Below, piece by piece: positions 39,457 through 52,260 of a stretch of 63,955 bases of DNA (its first letter is position 1; each line of letters opens with the position of its first letter). Position numbers and translations under genes: made by a program. Source of the DNA: Octopus bimaculoides (taxonomy: Eukaryota); NCBI RefSeq assembly GCF_001194135.2, contig NC_068983.1, positions 18,923,632 through 18,987,586 on the forward strand. The letters run 5' to 3'. The notes beneath the pieces were generated by a model that made no database searches, had not been told where the DNA came from, and was given only the letters and a program-made list of their open reading frames with translations.

Positions 39457-39833
39457 CTCTTTTGTCGAACCGCTAAGTTACGGGGACGTAAACACACCAG
39501 CATCGGTTGTCAAGCGATGTTGGGAGAACAAACAAAGACATACAAACATATACACTCACATACATATGCATGTATATATAAGTATATATATATATATNNN
39601 NNNNNNNNNNNNNNNNNNNNNNNNNNNNNNNNNNNNNNNNNNNNNNNNNNNNNNNNNNNNNNNNNNNNNNTATATACGACGGGCTTATTTTCAGTTTCCG
39701 TTTACCAAATCCACTCACAATGCTTTGGACGGCCCGAGGCTATAGTACAAGACACTTGCTCAAGGTGCCACGTAGTGAGACTGAATCCAGAACCATGTTG
39801 TTGGTAAGCAATTACTTACCATACAGCAATATT
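39457..39833 (-). mobile_element. SINE family A copy with a gap in its internal (TA)n
   Basis: Both halves match the reverse complement of 56951-57358. Confidence 0.88.
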
Positions 39834-40934
39834 CTGATTCTTTTAATACATAATTTATTTCCCAAATATCAACGTAAATGCGAACCTTATCAAGAAAGAC
39901 AATGTTTTGAATGTATGTTCATCAGTATTAGCCCTGTCAAGTTCTATCTTCATATCAGATACGTTAAAACATCAAATCAACTAACATTTTGATGAAATAT
40001 TCATCGAATTCTATTATCAGAAATGGCACGCTTTCAAATTTTTTTATTTAAATCCATTCAAATATTCAGGACTACTTTGCTTGACGTTTGTGTTAACATT
40101 CGTATTGTCATGAACATAACTGACCAATGTAGAGTATTAAGACGATATCCTGAATAGTTACAGTCATTTATTCTTGTGGATTTATTTACATAAAATCAAT
40201 TCCATTTCACTATACAAAATACATGAAATACATGGTAGTTTGATCGGGCTGGTATATATCCACCAAAGCGATTTATGTGATTACATTATCTGAAATGCCC
40301 ATGTATTAATCGTACCTAAATGATTCCTTGAATTTCTCTAATGGAATCATTAGGCTTTATCATTATATTATATTCATCTTCCCATTACATTCTTGGCGGC
40401 ATAAAATCTTCGCGGTACAGGATCCTTAGATACATTTATGCATTGTCATCAAGATCTAAATTTTATCCCATAAAAATAGGCTTATTATTTTCTCTTTATG
40501 GCTGCTAAAGTACCAAATTCTGAAATACCTAATTCCATTTTAATATCACTGCAAAAACGTTTGTTGCATCATCAAGGAAAACCGTCCCGAATCAAAACAT
40601 TTCAAATATAAGTAAGTCATATTTGAAGTGCAAATGATTTTCTACAATGGCTATATTTACAGCTGTGACCTGGTGATGAATTTTTTAAAATGTCATTTAC
40701 ATGAGGGCTAATAGTAGAATAACAATTATGTCACCTTCCAAAATGATCATTTCAAATGCTATGTATTATGATTTTAAATGTGCAATCCAGTCTTTTCTCC
40801 AATTCCTCTTAATGTCTTTTTCACCTGTACTGAGCATTTTTAGAACTCCATAAATAAAAAATGGGAAAACCATATCGTAACCTTCCTATATACTAATGTT
40901 TAGTAACATGTAATTTGACGAGATAGTAGTATCG

Positions 40935-41110
40935 ATAAGGTGTAGGCCAAAGACATAGCGGCATTTCGTCCGATTTTACATTCTGGGGTGAAACACCGCC
41001 ACATTGGATATTGCCTTGCATTTTTTCGGGGTCTATAAATTAAGTACCATTTAAGTACTGGTGTCAATGTAATCAACTTACTCAATAACCCGAAATTACA
41101 AGTATAGTGT
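40935..41110 (+). mobile_element. SINE family B, diverged copy
   Basis: GCGGCATTTCGTCCGATTTTACATTCTG...TTCGGGGTCTATAAATTAAGTACC...GTACTGGTGTCAATGTAATCAACT. Confidence 0.65.
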
Positions 41111-42239
41111 TTCTAGTAGATAGGAATATTTTGTAATGTATAAGTCGATGCAGTGGCAGCATCTATTACACGTCGGACAACATGCTTTGCTGTATTTTAG
41201 GTTTGTCTTTCTCTTCTGAATTCAAATTTTCCAGCGAGATCGAAGTGTGAGACAAATAGATAAATAAATACATACATACATACGCACATACATAAGTGCA
41301 TGCAAACATATTTACATATATACATACATACATACAGACATATATATANNNNNNNNNNNNNNNNNNNNNNNNNNNNNNNNNNNNNNNNNNNNNNNNNNNN
41401 NNNNNNNNNNNNNNNNNNNNNNNNNNNNNNNNNNNNNNNNNNNNNNNNNNNNNNNNNNNNNNNNNNNNNNNNNNNNNNNNNNNNNNNNNNNNNNNNNNNN
41501 NNNNNNNNNNNNNNNNNNNNNNNNNNNNNNNNNNNNNNNNNNNNNNNNNNNNNNNNNNNNNNNNNNNNNNNNNNNNNNNNNNNNNNNNNNNNNNNNNNNN
41601 NNNNNNNNNNNNNNNNNNNNNNNNNNNNNNNNNNNNNNNNNNNNNNNNNNNNNNNNNNNNNNNNNNNNNNNNNNNNNNNNNNNNNNNNNNNNNNNNNNNN
41701 NNNNNNNNNNNNNNNNNNNNNNNNNNNNNNNNNNNNNNNNNNNNNNNNNNNNNNNNNNNNNNNNNNNNNNNNNNNNNNNNNNNNNNNNNNNNNNNNNNNN
41801 NNNNNNNNNNNNNNNNNNNNNNNNNNNNNNNNNNNNNNNNNNNNNNNNNNNNNNNNNNNNNNNNNNNNNNNNNNNNNNNNNNNNNNNNNNNNNNNNNNNN
41901 NNNNNNNNNNNNNNNNNNATATATATATATATATATATATGCATAAGCATGTATCCACATATATACATATTTTATATACATATTTAATATATCAATAGAG
42001 CTATCATATTTCCTGACTAATTCCAACCATCCACGCTGTATTATATATGTGTATGTATATGTGTGCGTGTGTTTATGTATATGGAGACATAGTACATACA
42101 TATATAAATATATATATATATATATATAAATACATACATATATACATATATAAATATGTGTACATATATTTATATAAGGAATTGTAGGTAGCAGTTAGTT
42201 AAGAAATATCGATTCATTGATTAATATATATATATATAT

Positions 42240-42540
42240 ATTAGAAAATGGGAAGAACATCAAAAACAAATTCGCTAACCAGGTAATTGGCGATCTGACA
42301 AAGTATAGTGAAAATAGGCCGGGTGGCTGTAAGTAGAGACTCATAAGGTTTTGCATTATTGTTTAGCAAGAATGAGCACCTAGTAAAATCAGAGATTGTG
42401 CCAAGTATCTTTCATTGATTTCCTATAATTAAAACTGGTACTTTCTCTTGGAGTAACTCCAATAGTGATTGTTGGCATGAACTGTTACTGGACCTAAAAG
42501 AGTACTGCAAATAAGCATGGTTGCTAAGTATAAATTAACA
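42240..42540 (-). mobile_element. Possible Penelope-like element 3' fragment
   Basis: Minus-strand translation resembles a degenerate PLE endonuclease tail (..CQQSLLE..EKVPVLII..ILGTISDFTRCSFLLNN). Confidence 0.3.
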
Positions 42541-42914
42541 CTAAATTATTAACGTTATAATGTAAACTTTTGTTCAGTAACTCTCCGTCTAGATTTCCTA
42601 TATACTGTTGTATGTACGTATATATNNNNNNNNNNNNNNNNNNNNNNNNNNNNNNNNNNNNNNNNNNNNNNNNNNNNNNNNNNNNNNNNNNNNNNNNNNN
42701 NNNNNNNNNNNNNNNNNNNNNNNNNNNNNNNNNNNNNNNNNNNNNNNNNNNNNNNNNNNNNNNNNNNNNNNNNNNNNNNNNNNNNNNNNNNNNNNNNNNN
42801 NNNNNNNNNNNNNNNNNNNNNNNNNNNNNNNNNNNNNNNNNNNNNNNNNNNNNNNNNNNNNNNNNNNNNNNNNNNNNNNNNNNNNNNNNNNNNNNNNNNN
42901 NNNNNNNNTATATA

Positions 42915-44900
42915 TATACATATATATATATATATGGTTCGTCTATAAAAAGTCTTGAGTTACATCTGGTCCACACTCGGCGGATGTGTGACTCCAATGT
43001 CTGTGTGTGTGTGGTGTGGTGTGATGCGCATGAGTGTCAACTGGCAGGTAAGTGAGAGTTGATGGCAGCAACTCACTGCTGACTTCGCACGTGGTTGCTT
43101 GCATATGTACACCTATGGATGTAGGTGCTTCTGTGCCATGTGTGAATTCTAGTGACCGCGTATATTTAGTCATGTGTCAGTTGTGTATATCACCTACATG
43201 TGCGTCAGCTGTGTCTGTAGGCACTCTAATTCGTCCGGTTCGGTCAGCTGTGTGGGTGTGTACTCATGTGGGCGTGTACGCGTTTGCGGGCGTACTTGTG
43301 TGGCCGTGTGCTTGCCCATATCTTTAGGATGCATATATAGAAGCGTGTCCTTACTGATGTTTTGAACGTATATACATTCCTATATTTATATGTGTAAGGA
43401 TGAAGCTCGTAGGAGGTTACAATCAATACATGAGGGTGGAAGGCTATCTATGGTCTTCGCAGGTATCGGTGGTTATGCACCCTACAATTGGTTATGGGTT
43501 AGTAGTTATTGAGGTCCAGCCAAACCAAAGGTGATATGTGGGTTATCGGCTGCTAGTTACTTGAAGTTCACCAGGAGGGTATACCTCTGATAGCAGCAGT
43601 AAGGCACTTCATATTTTCTGTTGATATATATATATATACTGCGAGTCGATGGAGGATAGGTGGCTTTTCGCTGTGGCAGAGCTCTCAATTGGGCCAGAGT
43701 AATTTGGTGGTCCTGTTGACGATGGTCCATTCGACGTTGGAGGTGTCATTCTAAATGTCGCAACACCTTCAGACGAAACTAGACAAAAAAGTCGAATACC
43801 CTCTATTCGTAAGTCTAAGGGCATGCATATGCTGCATGTACCTTCCCTTGAAGTCATCAGCTGTCATGCTTGTGAAGCCATCAGATGGTGTGAGAGTGTA
43901 TCTGTAGATTACAGGTCTTCAGAGACAAGAGCCATGTAGAAGGCAGCTGGTAGATCTTAGCAATTATAGGTTGCGCTTGTGCTTGTACGTGTGCATTGTT
44001 ATATCTTTTGTGATACGCAGCATTAGAAGCGATGTTCACTTAACCTTATGAAAGTTGAAATGCTTATAATACTTGTGGCCCCTTGAGATGGTCTTCTTAT
44101 TTCTTTACTGCCCACAAGGGGCTACACACAGAGGGGACAAACACGGACAGACAAACGGATTAAGTCGATTATATCGACCCCAGTGCGTAACTAGTACTTA
44201 TTTAATCGACCCCGAAAGGATAAAAGGCAAAGTCGACCTCGGCGGAATTTGAACTCAGAACGTAGCGGTAGACGAAATACCGCTAAGCATTTCGCCCGGC
44301 ATGCTAACGTTTCTACCATCTCGCCGCCTTGAGATAGGTTTCGTAAGCAACGACAGGAAGCTCCTAGTTACCTTCGTGAAAACTTCTAGTTTAAAAGGAT
44401 GGTTGTCCCAGGTGATCTTCTTCCTTGTCAGATGCGGAGATGTAGGTGGTGTGTTCTCCATATGTACCAAATTCTCAGAAATTTTGCTCCTCGCTAATGG
44501 GTCATTGTAGTGGGGACGACGATTCTGAAGAATAATCTATCTTCAGAAATCTTAGATATCTTGATAATACTTATAATTAGGTTTCTAACTACACCGGTAA
44601 GAGTGTGGTTGGAACGTCAGTGGTTTTTATAGTTTCTTCGTTTGGCCTTCTATAAGAGGAGTACTTGACTGTTTTCAGATTTCTAGTTACATCTAGAAAG
44701 TCGACCGTGTTCATTTTCATAGTTACGGTTACGGAGAGGACGAATATGTTGAATATCTTCATCAGGTGATAACAAAACTTCCCTTAGCTTGTCCGTTCAT
44801 ATGGGTGGAGATTGACGGGATATCGTCTTTGTGAAGGGGCAACCTGTCGGGGTGTGTGCGTTTCCTGCGGGTGTTCAAAATAGTTTACCCGGCCAGTTTA
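42915..44900 (-). mobile_element. Decayed Penelope-like element (RT C-terminus, GIY-YIG, 3' region) interrupted by a SINE
   Basis: Minus strand: TVDFLDVT..L..VKYSSYRRPN (RT end), TRKKITWDNHPFKLEVFTKVTRSFLSLLTK (conserved RK-IIW-NPP motif), MTADDFKGRYMQH...LSSFV...NVEWTIV...ELCHSEK (GIY-YIG). Confidence 0.8.
44090..44326 (-). mobile_element. SINE family B variant, full-length, perfect 9-bp TSD
   Basis: CCTTGAGAT at 44081-44089 and 44327-44335 flanks the element; close to the other well-preserved copies over head and central domain, but with a longer distinct tail. Confidence 0.92.
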
Positions 44901-45229
44901 TTTTCAAGGAAAAGCGTATAATCTAATTGAATGCACACGCGTGGCCACAACATTGCTACAAATGTAAGCTAAACCTGAAATATATTCCCTGGAGGAAAAT
45001 TTATTTTAGAAAGTAGATAGTGTAACCATAATCTTAACCACTATTTGGAAATTCATTTGAAGTGATTGCATTGCTTTTGGAATAAACTCAAATATTTCAT
45101 TCACTCCTGTCCAGATCATTGCGTCCGCAATATAGACGTAGGAGAATTTTTTTCTGATAACGCTAAATCTGTTAGCAATGTTACAACAAATATTTGAACA
45201 TTTATGAACGCCATTTAATGAAGCAGTGA

Positions 45230-45400
45230 CCTAGTAGAATCGTTATCACGCCGGAAAATACAATTAGCGACATTTCGTCCGTCTTTATGTTCAAATCACA
45301 CCGGCGTCTACATTTCCTTCTATCTTTTCGGAGTCGTTATATTAATACCACTTGAGCACTGATAATGATGAAATGAATTAAGTCCCTCCCTCTTTGCTTA
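45230..45400 (+). mobile_element. SINE family B, diverged copy
   Basis: GAAGCAGTGACCTAGTAGAATCGTTATCACGCCGG...TTTCGGAGTCG. Confidence 0.6.
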
Positions 45401-45689
45401 TAGTAGAAAATATTTAATGAGATCCATTATGCATTTAACAAAACATACCATGTTGAATGGTATGCGGAATATATACAACTGGGTGATCTAAAACGCAAGG
45501 AAAATAAACTCCCTGAAGTAAGTGGCTTTCTAAGTTAAAAGAAGTCTGTTGAAATAAATGAACATTTGCATTAAAAGTAATATGACTGGTTTCTAAGTAC
45601 TGACGTTAGGCTAACTTACATAAATTTATACTATATTTTTAAGGTATATAATTTATATTTTTCTATGTTAAGATCAATACTGATAAATA

Positions 45690-45870
45690 TTGGTTTCAAA
45701 TTTTCGACCAAGGCCCGCAATTTGAAGGGAAGGGTAAGTCGATTACATCCAGCAGAGTGATCAACTGGTCCTTATTTTGTCGACCTCGAAAGGATGAAAG
45801 CAAAGTCGACCTTAGCGATACTTGAGCTCAGAATGTAGTGTGGAAGAAATGCAGCCGAGTATTTTCCTCA
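45690..45870 (-). mobile_element. SINE family B copy
   Basis: GGTTTCAAATTTTCGACCAAGGCCCGCAATTTG...CGAAAGGATGAAAGCAAAGTCGACCTTAGCG. Confidence 0.7.
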
Positions 45871-47099
45871 TAGATCACTGCCTTCATTCTGATGAATATT
45901 ATGTTTCTCTGATTCGATGCAGGCTCAGGAATGGTAAATGTAATTACTTCGATACGTTTTGGTTATTCCTTCGTCTTAGACACGTGAATATCAGAACTGA
46001 ACGTCGCTAGTAGACTAAATGAGCCACTGGACACTTTTCAATTTCTCTTTTTACATCGTTGTTGTCCGCTTGAACTCATATGCGATCTCGTTATTTTCAT
46101 TCACTTTGTATGTTTTCGTTTTCGCTTCAGGTTCTTGTAGTGATGACCAGCACTGAAAATATTGTTCCATCACAAAGACAGACCAATGCCTTCAGTGGAT
46201 CAAGTTGTACTTTCATAAGCACTTATCCTATTTGAGCTACACAAGTAGCTATTTCTGTTGTTGCATATAACGCTACGAGATGCAAATTTTAATCGCTCTT
46301 CACGTAGGTGTCTCGGAAAAACATTTTAATCACTGCTTGTTGGACGTAACCTTTTCCTTCACCTGTATTAGGTCTTTTGTTAAATTGCTGACCTTTATGA
46401 TGGTAGACATCTCAGTTTTCCCTTCCATCGTTACTTATGACATAGGAGTTACCTTGTAAAGCAATTATGATGTGTAATAATGTGGTTGATGAATGTAAGT
46501 AGGAAGATGACTGGTTATGGTCTATATCTGTCGTGAATTATTCCTCGCTATAAATATTTTTGTAAAGAAATTTAGATATGCGTTAAAATTTAAAAACAAA
46601 ACATTTGCTGCAGGGTTCTACTGTCGCTCCTGCCTGTCAAAATCTAGTTTCTTTGCTTACTCTTCTTTGCAATCGACTTTTTTTTTTATTAAATTTGGAG
46701 TTTGTAGTCTTTACACATAGTTTTTTGATGGAACCGAAATGTATTTCTTCTGTTCAAAAGATTGTTGTCACTTTAAATAAATATGAATTACTGCCAAAAT
46801 AGCACATTCTTGACCTTATGCGTGCAATCTTTTGCATGCATCTTTAGGTAATTCCGTAATGAAAATCACTACCGTTCTCCGTTGACCCGGAAGGGTAGAT
46901 GAATTCCATTGCCTAGTGATTATGAAGAAAGAGATTCATTAGAGAAAAAGGAAACTGCAAAACCATAAATTATTAGTCCTCTCATTTTTTCATGCTAGGT
47001 ACCACTCACCAGAAATTTGGCCCAAAGTTGGTTGATAATGTAAATCATAGTCTGGAAAAATGGACATAAAATTAGCTCAAACACAGTTCTATATTTAAG

Positions 47100-47262
47100 A
47101 GATAAGGAATTATGTACGTTATTTACATTATTTATATTTGACGGATATTTGTCCTCCTCGTGTTTGTTGTTAACGTTTCTGCTGATATACCCTCCAGCCT
47201 TCATCAGGAGTCTTGGGGAAATTTCGGACCTGGGGTCTCATTCCTAAGGTATTTTTCGATGT
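47100..47262 (-). mobile_element. Penelope-like terminal repeat fragment (left, inverted copy)
   Basis: The reverse complement aligns with 47535-47690 and carries CTGATGAAGGCTGGAGGGTATATCAGCAGAAACGTT. Confidence 0.7.
47172..47213 (-). ncRNA. Degenerate minimal type I hammerhead ribozyme motif
   Basis: Core CUGAUGA, stem II GCUG/CAGC, GAAAC, palindromic stem III AACGUU; the stem I 3' strand (GUGUU in the other copy) is deleted. Confidence 0.55.
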
Positions 47263-47289
47263 TGCTATTATTATTATCATTACTATTAT

Positions 47290-47445
47290 TATTATTATTA
47301 TTATTTTATGTTTGACTTTTGTTTTGCATTTGTACAAGTTGGATCCAAGTCTCACCCAGAGACCTCAAGAGACAACAAGTTAGAAGTTCATGTAGGTGTT
47401 ATGCCTAGGGTACCATATATTTGGATTTGTACAGTTTTGTTCAAG
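47290..47445 (-). mobile_element. R4/Dong-like 3' UTR with (TAA)n tail
   Basis: Minus strand: ...TCTTGAGGTCTCTGGGTGAGACTTGGATCCAACTTGTACAAATGCAAAACAAAAGTCAAACATAAAATAATAATAAT, the typical form of Dong-type 3' ends. Confidence 0.5.
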
Positions 47446-47461
47446 TGAATGNNNNNNNNNN

Positions 47462-47533
<72 letters not shown>

Positions 47534-47534
47534 C

Positions 47535-47690
47535 GAAAAAGACCTTAGTAATGAGAACCCAGGTTCGAAACTTCTACAAGACAGCTGATGAAGTCTGGAG
47601 AGTATATCAGCCAAAACGTTGTGTTAATAACAAACAAGACGAGGACAAATATCCGTCAATTGTAAATAATGTAAATTAGCTCAAACAGTT
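47535..47690 (+). mobile_element. Penelope-like terminal repeat fragment (right copy)
   Basis: Inverted repeat of 47100-47262; carries GACAGCTGATGAAGTCTGGAGAGTATATCAGCCAAAACGTTGTGTT. Confidence 0.7.
47580..47625 (+). ncRNA. Degenerate minimal type I hammerhead ribozyme motif
   Basis: CUGAUGA at 47585-47591; stem II partly broken; GAAA core mutated to AAAA; the GUU cleavage triplet and stem I 3' strand GUGUU are retained. Confidence 0.5.
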
Positions 47691-47934
47691 AATCTGAAAT
47701 TTCAAAAGTGAGAAGATAATTTCTCTTTTAACACATGCAGCATTCATCTCTGGTGATTACCGATGTATACCTGATAGATGTTCCCGACAATGGGATGGAT
47801 ATAATTTTTCACTCTATATGTCCGTATTGTATAACTATATTTTTCATAACTAATTGTTTTGACCGCTCCACTACTTCAGTAAGGAGAAAAATAGGGAAAT
47901 CCGATAAACTTACGTCAAATAAAGAATATTGCGG

Positions 47935-48150
47935 TCATCACCACCACCACCATCATAATCGGTTGCTGCTGCTGCTGCTTCTTCTTCTTCTTCTTTTTCT
48001 TCTTCTTCTTCTTCTTCTTCTTCTTCTTCTTCTTCTTCTTCTTCTTCTTCTTCTTCTTCTTCTTCTTCTTCTTCTTCTTCTTCTTCTTCTTCTTCTTCTT
48101 CTTCTTCTTCTTCTTCTTCTTCGTCGTCGTCGTCGTCGTCGTCGTCATCG
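47935..48150. repeat. Compound (CAC)(GCT)(TCT)n(TCG)n array
   Basis: Direct reading; long (TCT)n core. Confidence 0.95.
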
Positions 48151-48574
48151 TCGTGGTCGTATTCGTCATCCTCCTGATCAACAATAGCTCTTATCTTCGT
48201 CTTCATTAAACCAATTCATCATCAACGTCTCCAGTGTATTTATCAGAAACTTCATCATAATAACTACCGTTCCAATACAGAAGTATTATATTCTACGTAA
48301 AGAGGTATTATGCTCTACTAACGGAGATATTCAAATTGAACAGATCGATATATAGGCTATATTTTTCGATAGTTTTGTTGAAAGAGGTGAAAGTTTCAGT
48401 TATGGGTCATTTAATGAAATTTTATGAATTACACTCTACACAGAGAAACTTGCCAAAAGATTAATGATTTATGCTTGGTTGCTTGAATTACGCATTGTAA
48501 TATATACTATATCTTATACATACACAAACACACCTACACACATATATCTATACATATAGGCATGCAATTACATG

Positions 48575-48659
<85 letters not shown>

Positions 48660-50694
48660 ATATCAGACAGGGTATTAAGTCTTCGATTTTATTTTCGCAT
48701 GAGATACAATTACTGCAGTTCCTTTCTCCGTTCTATATTGTTATTACGATTATTGTTATTATTAATTTTCTTGTTAGGTCTATTTGAGCTGCACTTAGTA
48801 TTATTAATTCAAACGGCCACAGAAGCACTAACACGCACACATATATACATATCCATATATAAGTTTACATATCTATATGCATGCGTGTGTGTGTATATAT
48901 ATATATATATATATGCTTATATGCATTCACAGATATACAAATAGCCATACACAGACAAATATAAACACACACACAAACACACACACACGCACACATATTA
49001 GGTCTTAGGTCTGTCAGGAATATCAACCATAGCGGAGGCCTGTTTCCGTAGCGTATAAAGAAGCATGGCTTCATCATTCACCTCTGAACGGGAAGCGAGT
49101 TAGTTGCAGTGTTACATCTCTAGATGTTTCGAGTATATATTTTAATCTCAAAGAACTAGAGGAATTCGAAGCGAAGAGCTTTGTTCTATAATACAAGCGA
49201 CACCAGTATCTATGAAAATAAATCTTGACATCATTGATCATGAATTCTAAACCGTTACTACTAGGCCACCGGGCGAAAGATCGGGAGAAACTCTATACCG
49301 TCTGGCGTGCTTCACAGCCCGGCGAGTTTAATTTCGCCAGTTATTCTTGCACAGTCGATATATAAATTAAGAAGTTATAAGAGTTATTCGAAGCGACTAA
49401 CGATAGTTGCCAAAGTGCACAATGTTAGTACACTAGAAAAAAAACTTCTGTTCGAATTTGAGGATCCGATTATACTTCCAGTGACATGATGCTGGACACC
49501 GTGAATGACCACGTGGACATTTATGAGTTAACTGTGAAATATTTCTGTTATATATTATTTCGCATTACGCATGCATACGCATAAGCATATGCATGAATAT
49601 ACAAACATGCATATTTAGTGGTAATAATAGAAAACGAACGATATGAATGGTAGTTCAATTTTTTTTTTACCCGCCCCCTCTAGAGATATCATGATTTAAA
49701 ACGTATCATCAATTTGCAGATAACGAATTTAATTTTACGTGTTGATGAAACAGCTTAACCAAGAATAGTTTTTTAAAAAATTATCTTTTAAGAAAAGTTA
49801 TAAAATCTTTTATCAGGACGTTACAATAAAACATGTTTTTCTTAGTGCGTGTGAGCGCCTTCGTTTGACCTTTTTAAAAACACGTGTTCTTTATATATAT
49901 ATATATATATATAGGGTAAAGAACGAAAAATATTTTTATTTACTTTAGAAATGTCCGTATAATGCCATTTTGTATCACTGAGCAACTTGTGATATTTTCA
50001 TTCCCGTCGTTCCACTTGCCAATACGAATTTAGACGTACTCTTTTAAATGTAAAATGAACAATCAGCTATTCTAATTGCTTCTCANNNNNNNNNNNNNNN
50101 NNNNNNNNNNNNNNNNNNNNNNNNNNNNNNNNNNNNNNNNNNNNNNNNNNNNNNNNNNNNNNNNNNNNNNNNNNNNNNNNNNNNNNNNNNNNNNNNNNNN
50201 NNNNNNNNNNNNNNNNNNNNNNNNNNNNNNNNNNNNNNNNNNNNNNNNNNNNNNNNNNNNNNNNNNNNNNNNNNNNNNNNNNNNNNNNNNNNNNNNNNNN
50301 NNNNNNNNNNNNNNNNNNNNNNNNNNNNNNNNNNNNNNNNNNNNNNNNNNNNNNNNNNNNNNNNNNNNNNNNNNNNNNNNNNNNNNNNNNNNNNNNNNNN
50401 NNNNNNNNNNNNNNNNNNNNNNNNNNNNNNNNNNNNNNNNNNNNNNNNNNNNNNNNNNNNNNNNNNNNNNNNNNNNNNNNNNNNNNNNNNNNNNNNNNNN
50501 NNNNNNNNNNNNNNNNNNNNNNNNNNNNNNNNNNNNNNNNNNNNNNNNNNNNNNNNNNNNNNNNNNNNNNNNNNNNNNNNNNNNNNNNNNNNNNNNNNNN
50601 NNNNNNNNNNNNNNNNNNNNNNNNNNNNNNNNNNNNNNNNNNNNNNNNNNNNNNNNNNNNNNNNNNNNNNNNNNNNNNNNNNNNNNNNNNNNNN

Positions 50695-50950
50695 AAAGAA
50701 GCCCGTCGTATATATGTATATATATATATATATGTGTGTGTGTTTGTGTGTCTGTGTTTGTCCTCCTAGCATTGCTTGACAATCGATGCTGGTGTGTTTA
50801 TGTCCCCGTCACTTAGCGGTTCGGCAAAAAGAGACCGATAGAATAAGTACTAGGCTTACAAAGAATAAGTCCCGGGATCGATTTGCTCGACTAAAGGCGG
50901 TGCTCCAGCATGGCCGCAGTCAAATGACTGAAACAAGTAAAAGAGTAAAA
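50695..50950 (+). mobile_element. SINE family A, 3' half
   Basis: Matches 57100-57358; the 5' half is lost in the adjacent gap. Confidence 0.9.
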
Positions 50951-51719
50951 TAATGTGTGTGTGTGTGTGTGAATGTTTATGTGTGTGTGTGGGCGCGTGT
51001 GTGTACATATATGTGTATATACATGCAGACTGACGCACACACATGCGCACAAATAAACAAAAAGAACGCAGCTATGATAAAAGACAAGGTCAACGACGAT
51101 TGAAAAGTTTGCATGAGGCAACGAAAATGTTACAAAAAATAAATAGCTAAATGAGTGGAAATCGAACAGGTGAGTGTGTTAATTAATAAGGCACTAAAAC
51201 AGAATGACTCTCTCCAGACGCAATAAGATAATATGTTTCCTTGAGAGTTTCATTTCATATTTCAAAACATATTCAAACAGTGGATATTCAAAGCAAAACA
51301 GTTTCGGTTAACGAGCTGATTGTCGAACACCCTAGCAACTCTATGTACAAGAAATCTGAGGTCTTCAGTTAGGTATGTATGTATGTCTATATANNNNNNN
51401 NNNNNNNNNNNNNNNNNNNNNNNNNNNNNNNNNNNNNNNNNNNNNNNNNNNNNNNNNNNNNNNNNNNNNNNNNNNNNNNNNNNNNNNNNNNNNNNNNNNN
51501 NNNNNNNNNNNNNNNNNNNNNNNNNNNNNNNNNNNNNNNNNNNNNNNNNATATATATATATATATACACACATATACATGTCTGTCTATAATTTTGTAAA
51601 GTACAACTTTATGCTTAACGATGAATATTGTTGGCGGTGACTTCGAAAATACTGCCAGGTAAGCCATCGTCGAACTGAAATGAATTACACGTTACCTTCT
51701 AACTAGTTTCCAATAATTG

Positions 51720-52260
51720 CACACCCAGAAAATGATAACGAGAGAGAAAAATTTGGATCTCCAAAACCTAGCTACCAACTATATATGAATAAAGTCTCGA
51801 CAACAGCGGTTACCAGAAATAAAATGTGTAATATATAAACAACAAGCTTCATACAATTACTTCAATCCATGAGTATAGAAAACGGAAAATCAACTGCTTT
51901 AATCAACGCGCTTCAAAATATAAGTATTCACGAACATAACTAAATTATATTTCACAATACTGAAACAGGTACTACAAACATTGTAACAGACACGTTAGCA
52001 TACTCCACTAACAACAACTGTAAAAACACTCTAGCCAATTACAAACAAAAATATTGTCTAAAAGGGAAGCCTAAATCACACAAATATTAACAAAGGCGGA
52101 AAATGTCTCTCCCAAAATAATCGTTTGTTGCGCAACAGTGTCAACCATGATGACAAAAAGTACTATATCTAAACATATAAGATCTACAGCGAATTAGTTC
52201 AAGGTGTGACACAACGAACAACACGCATAGATTTCGCACACCAAATATACACCAACAATC
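51720..52260 (+). mobile_element. Possible highly decayed Penelope-like GIY-YIG region
   Basis: GGCGGAAAATGTCTCTCCCAAAATAATCGTTTGTTGCGCAACAGTGTCAACC..GACAAAAAGTACTATATC reads, with frameshifts, GGKCLSQN-IVCCATVST-DDKKYYI, like the PLE G.CL...VY.ATV......YIG motif. Confidence 0.45.

Noticed and set aside
51620-51658. MNIVGGDFENTA followed by CAG|GTAAGC as a trypsin IVGG start or a LINE endonuclease GGDFN motif
   Set aside because: No R/K activation site before IVGG, only 13 codons, and no supporting downstream motifs.
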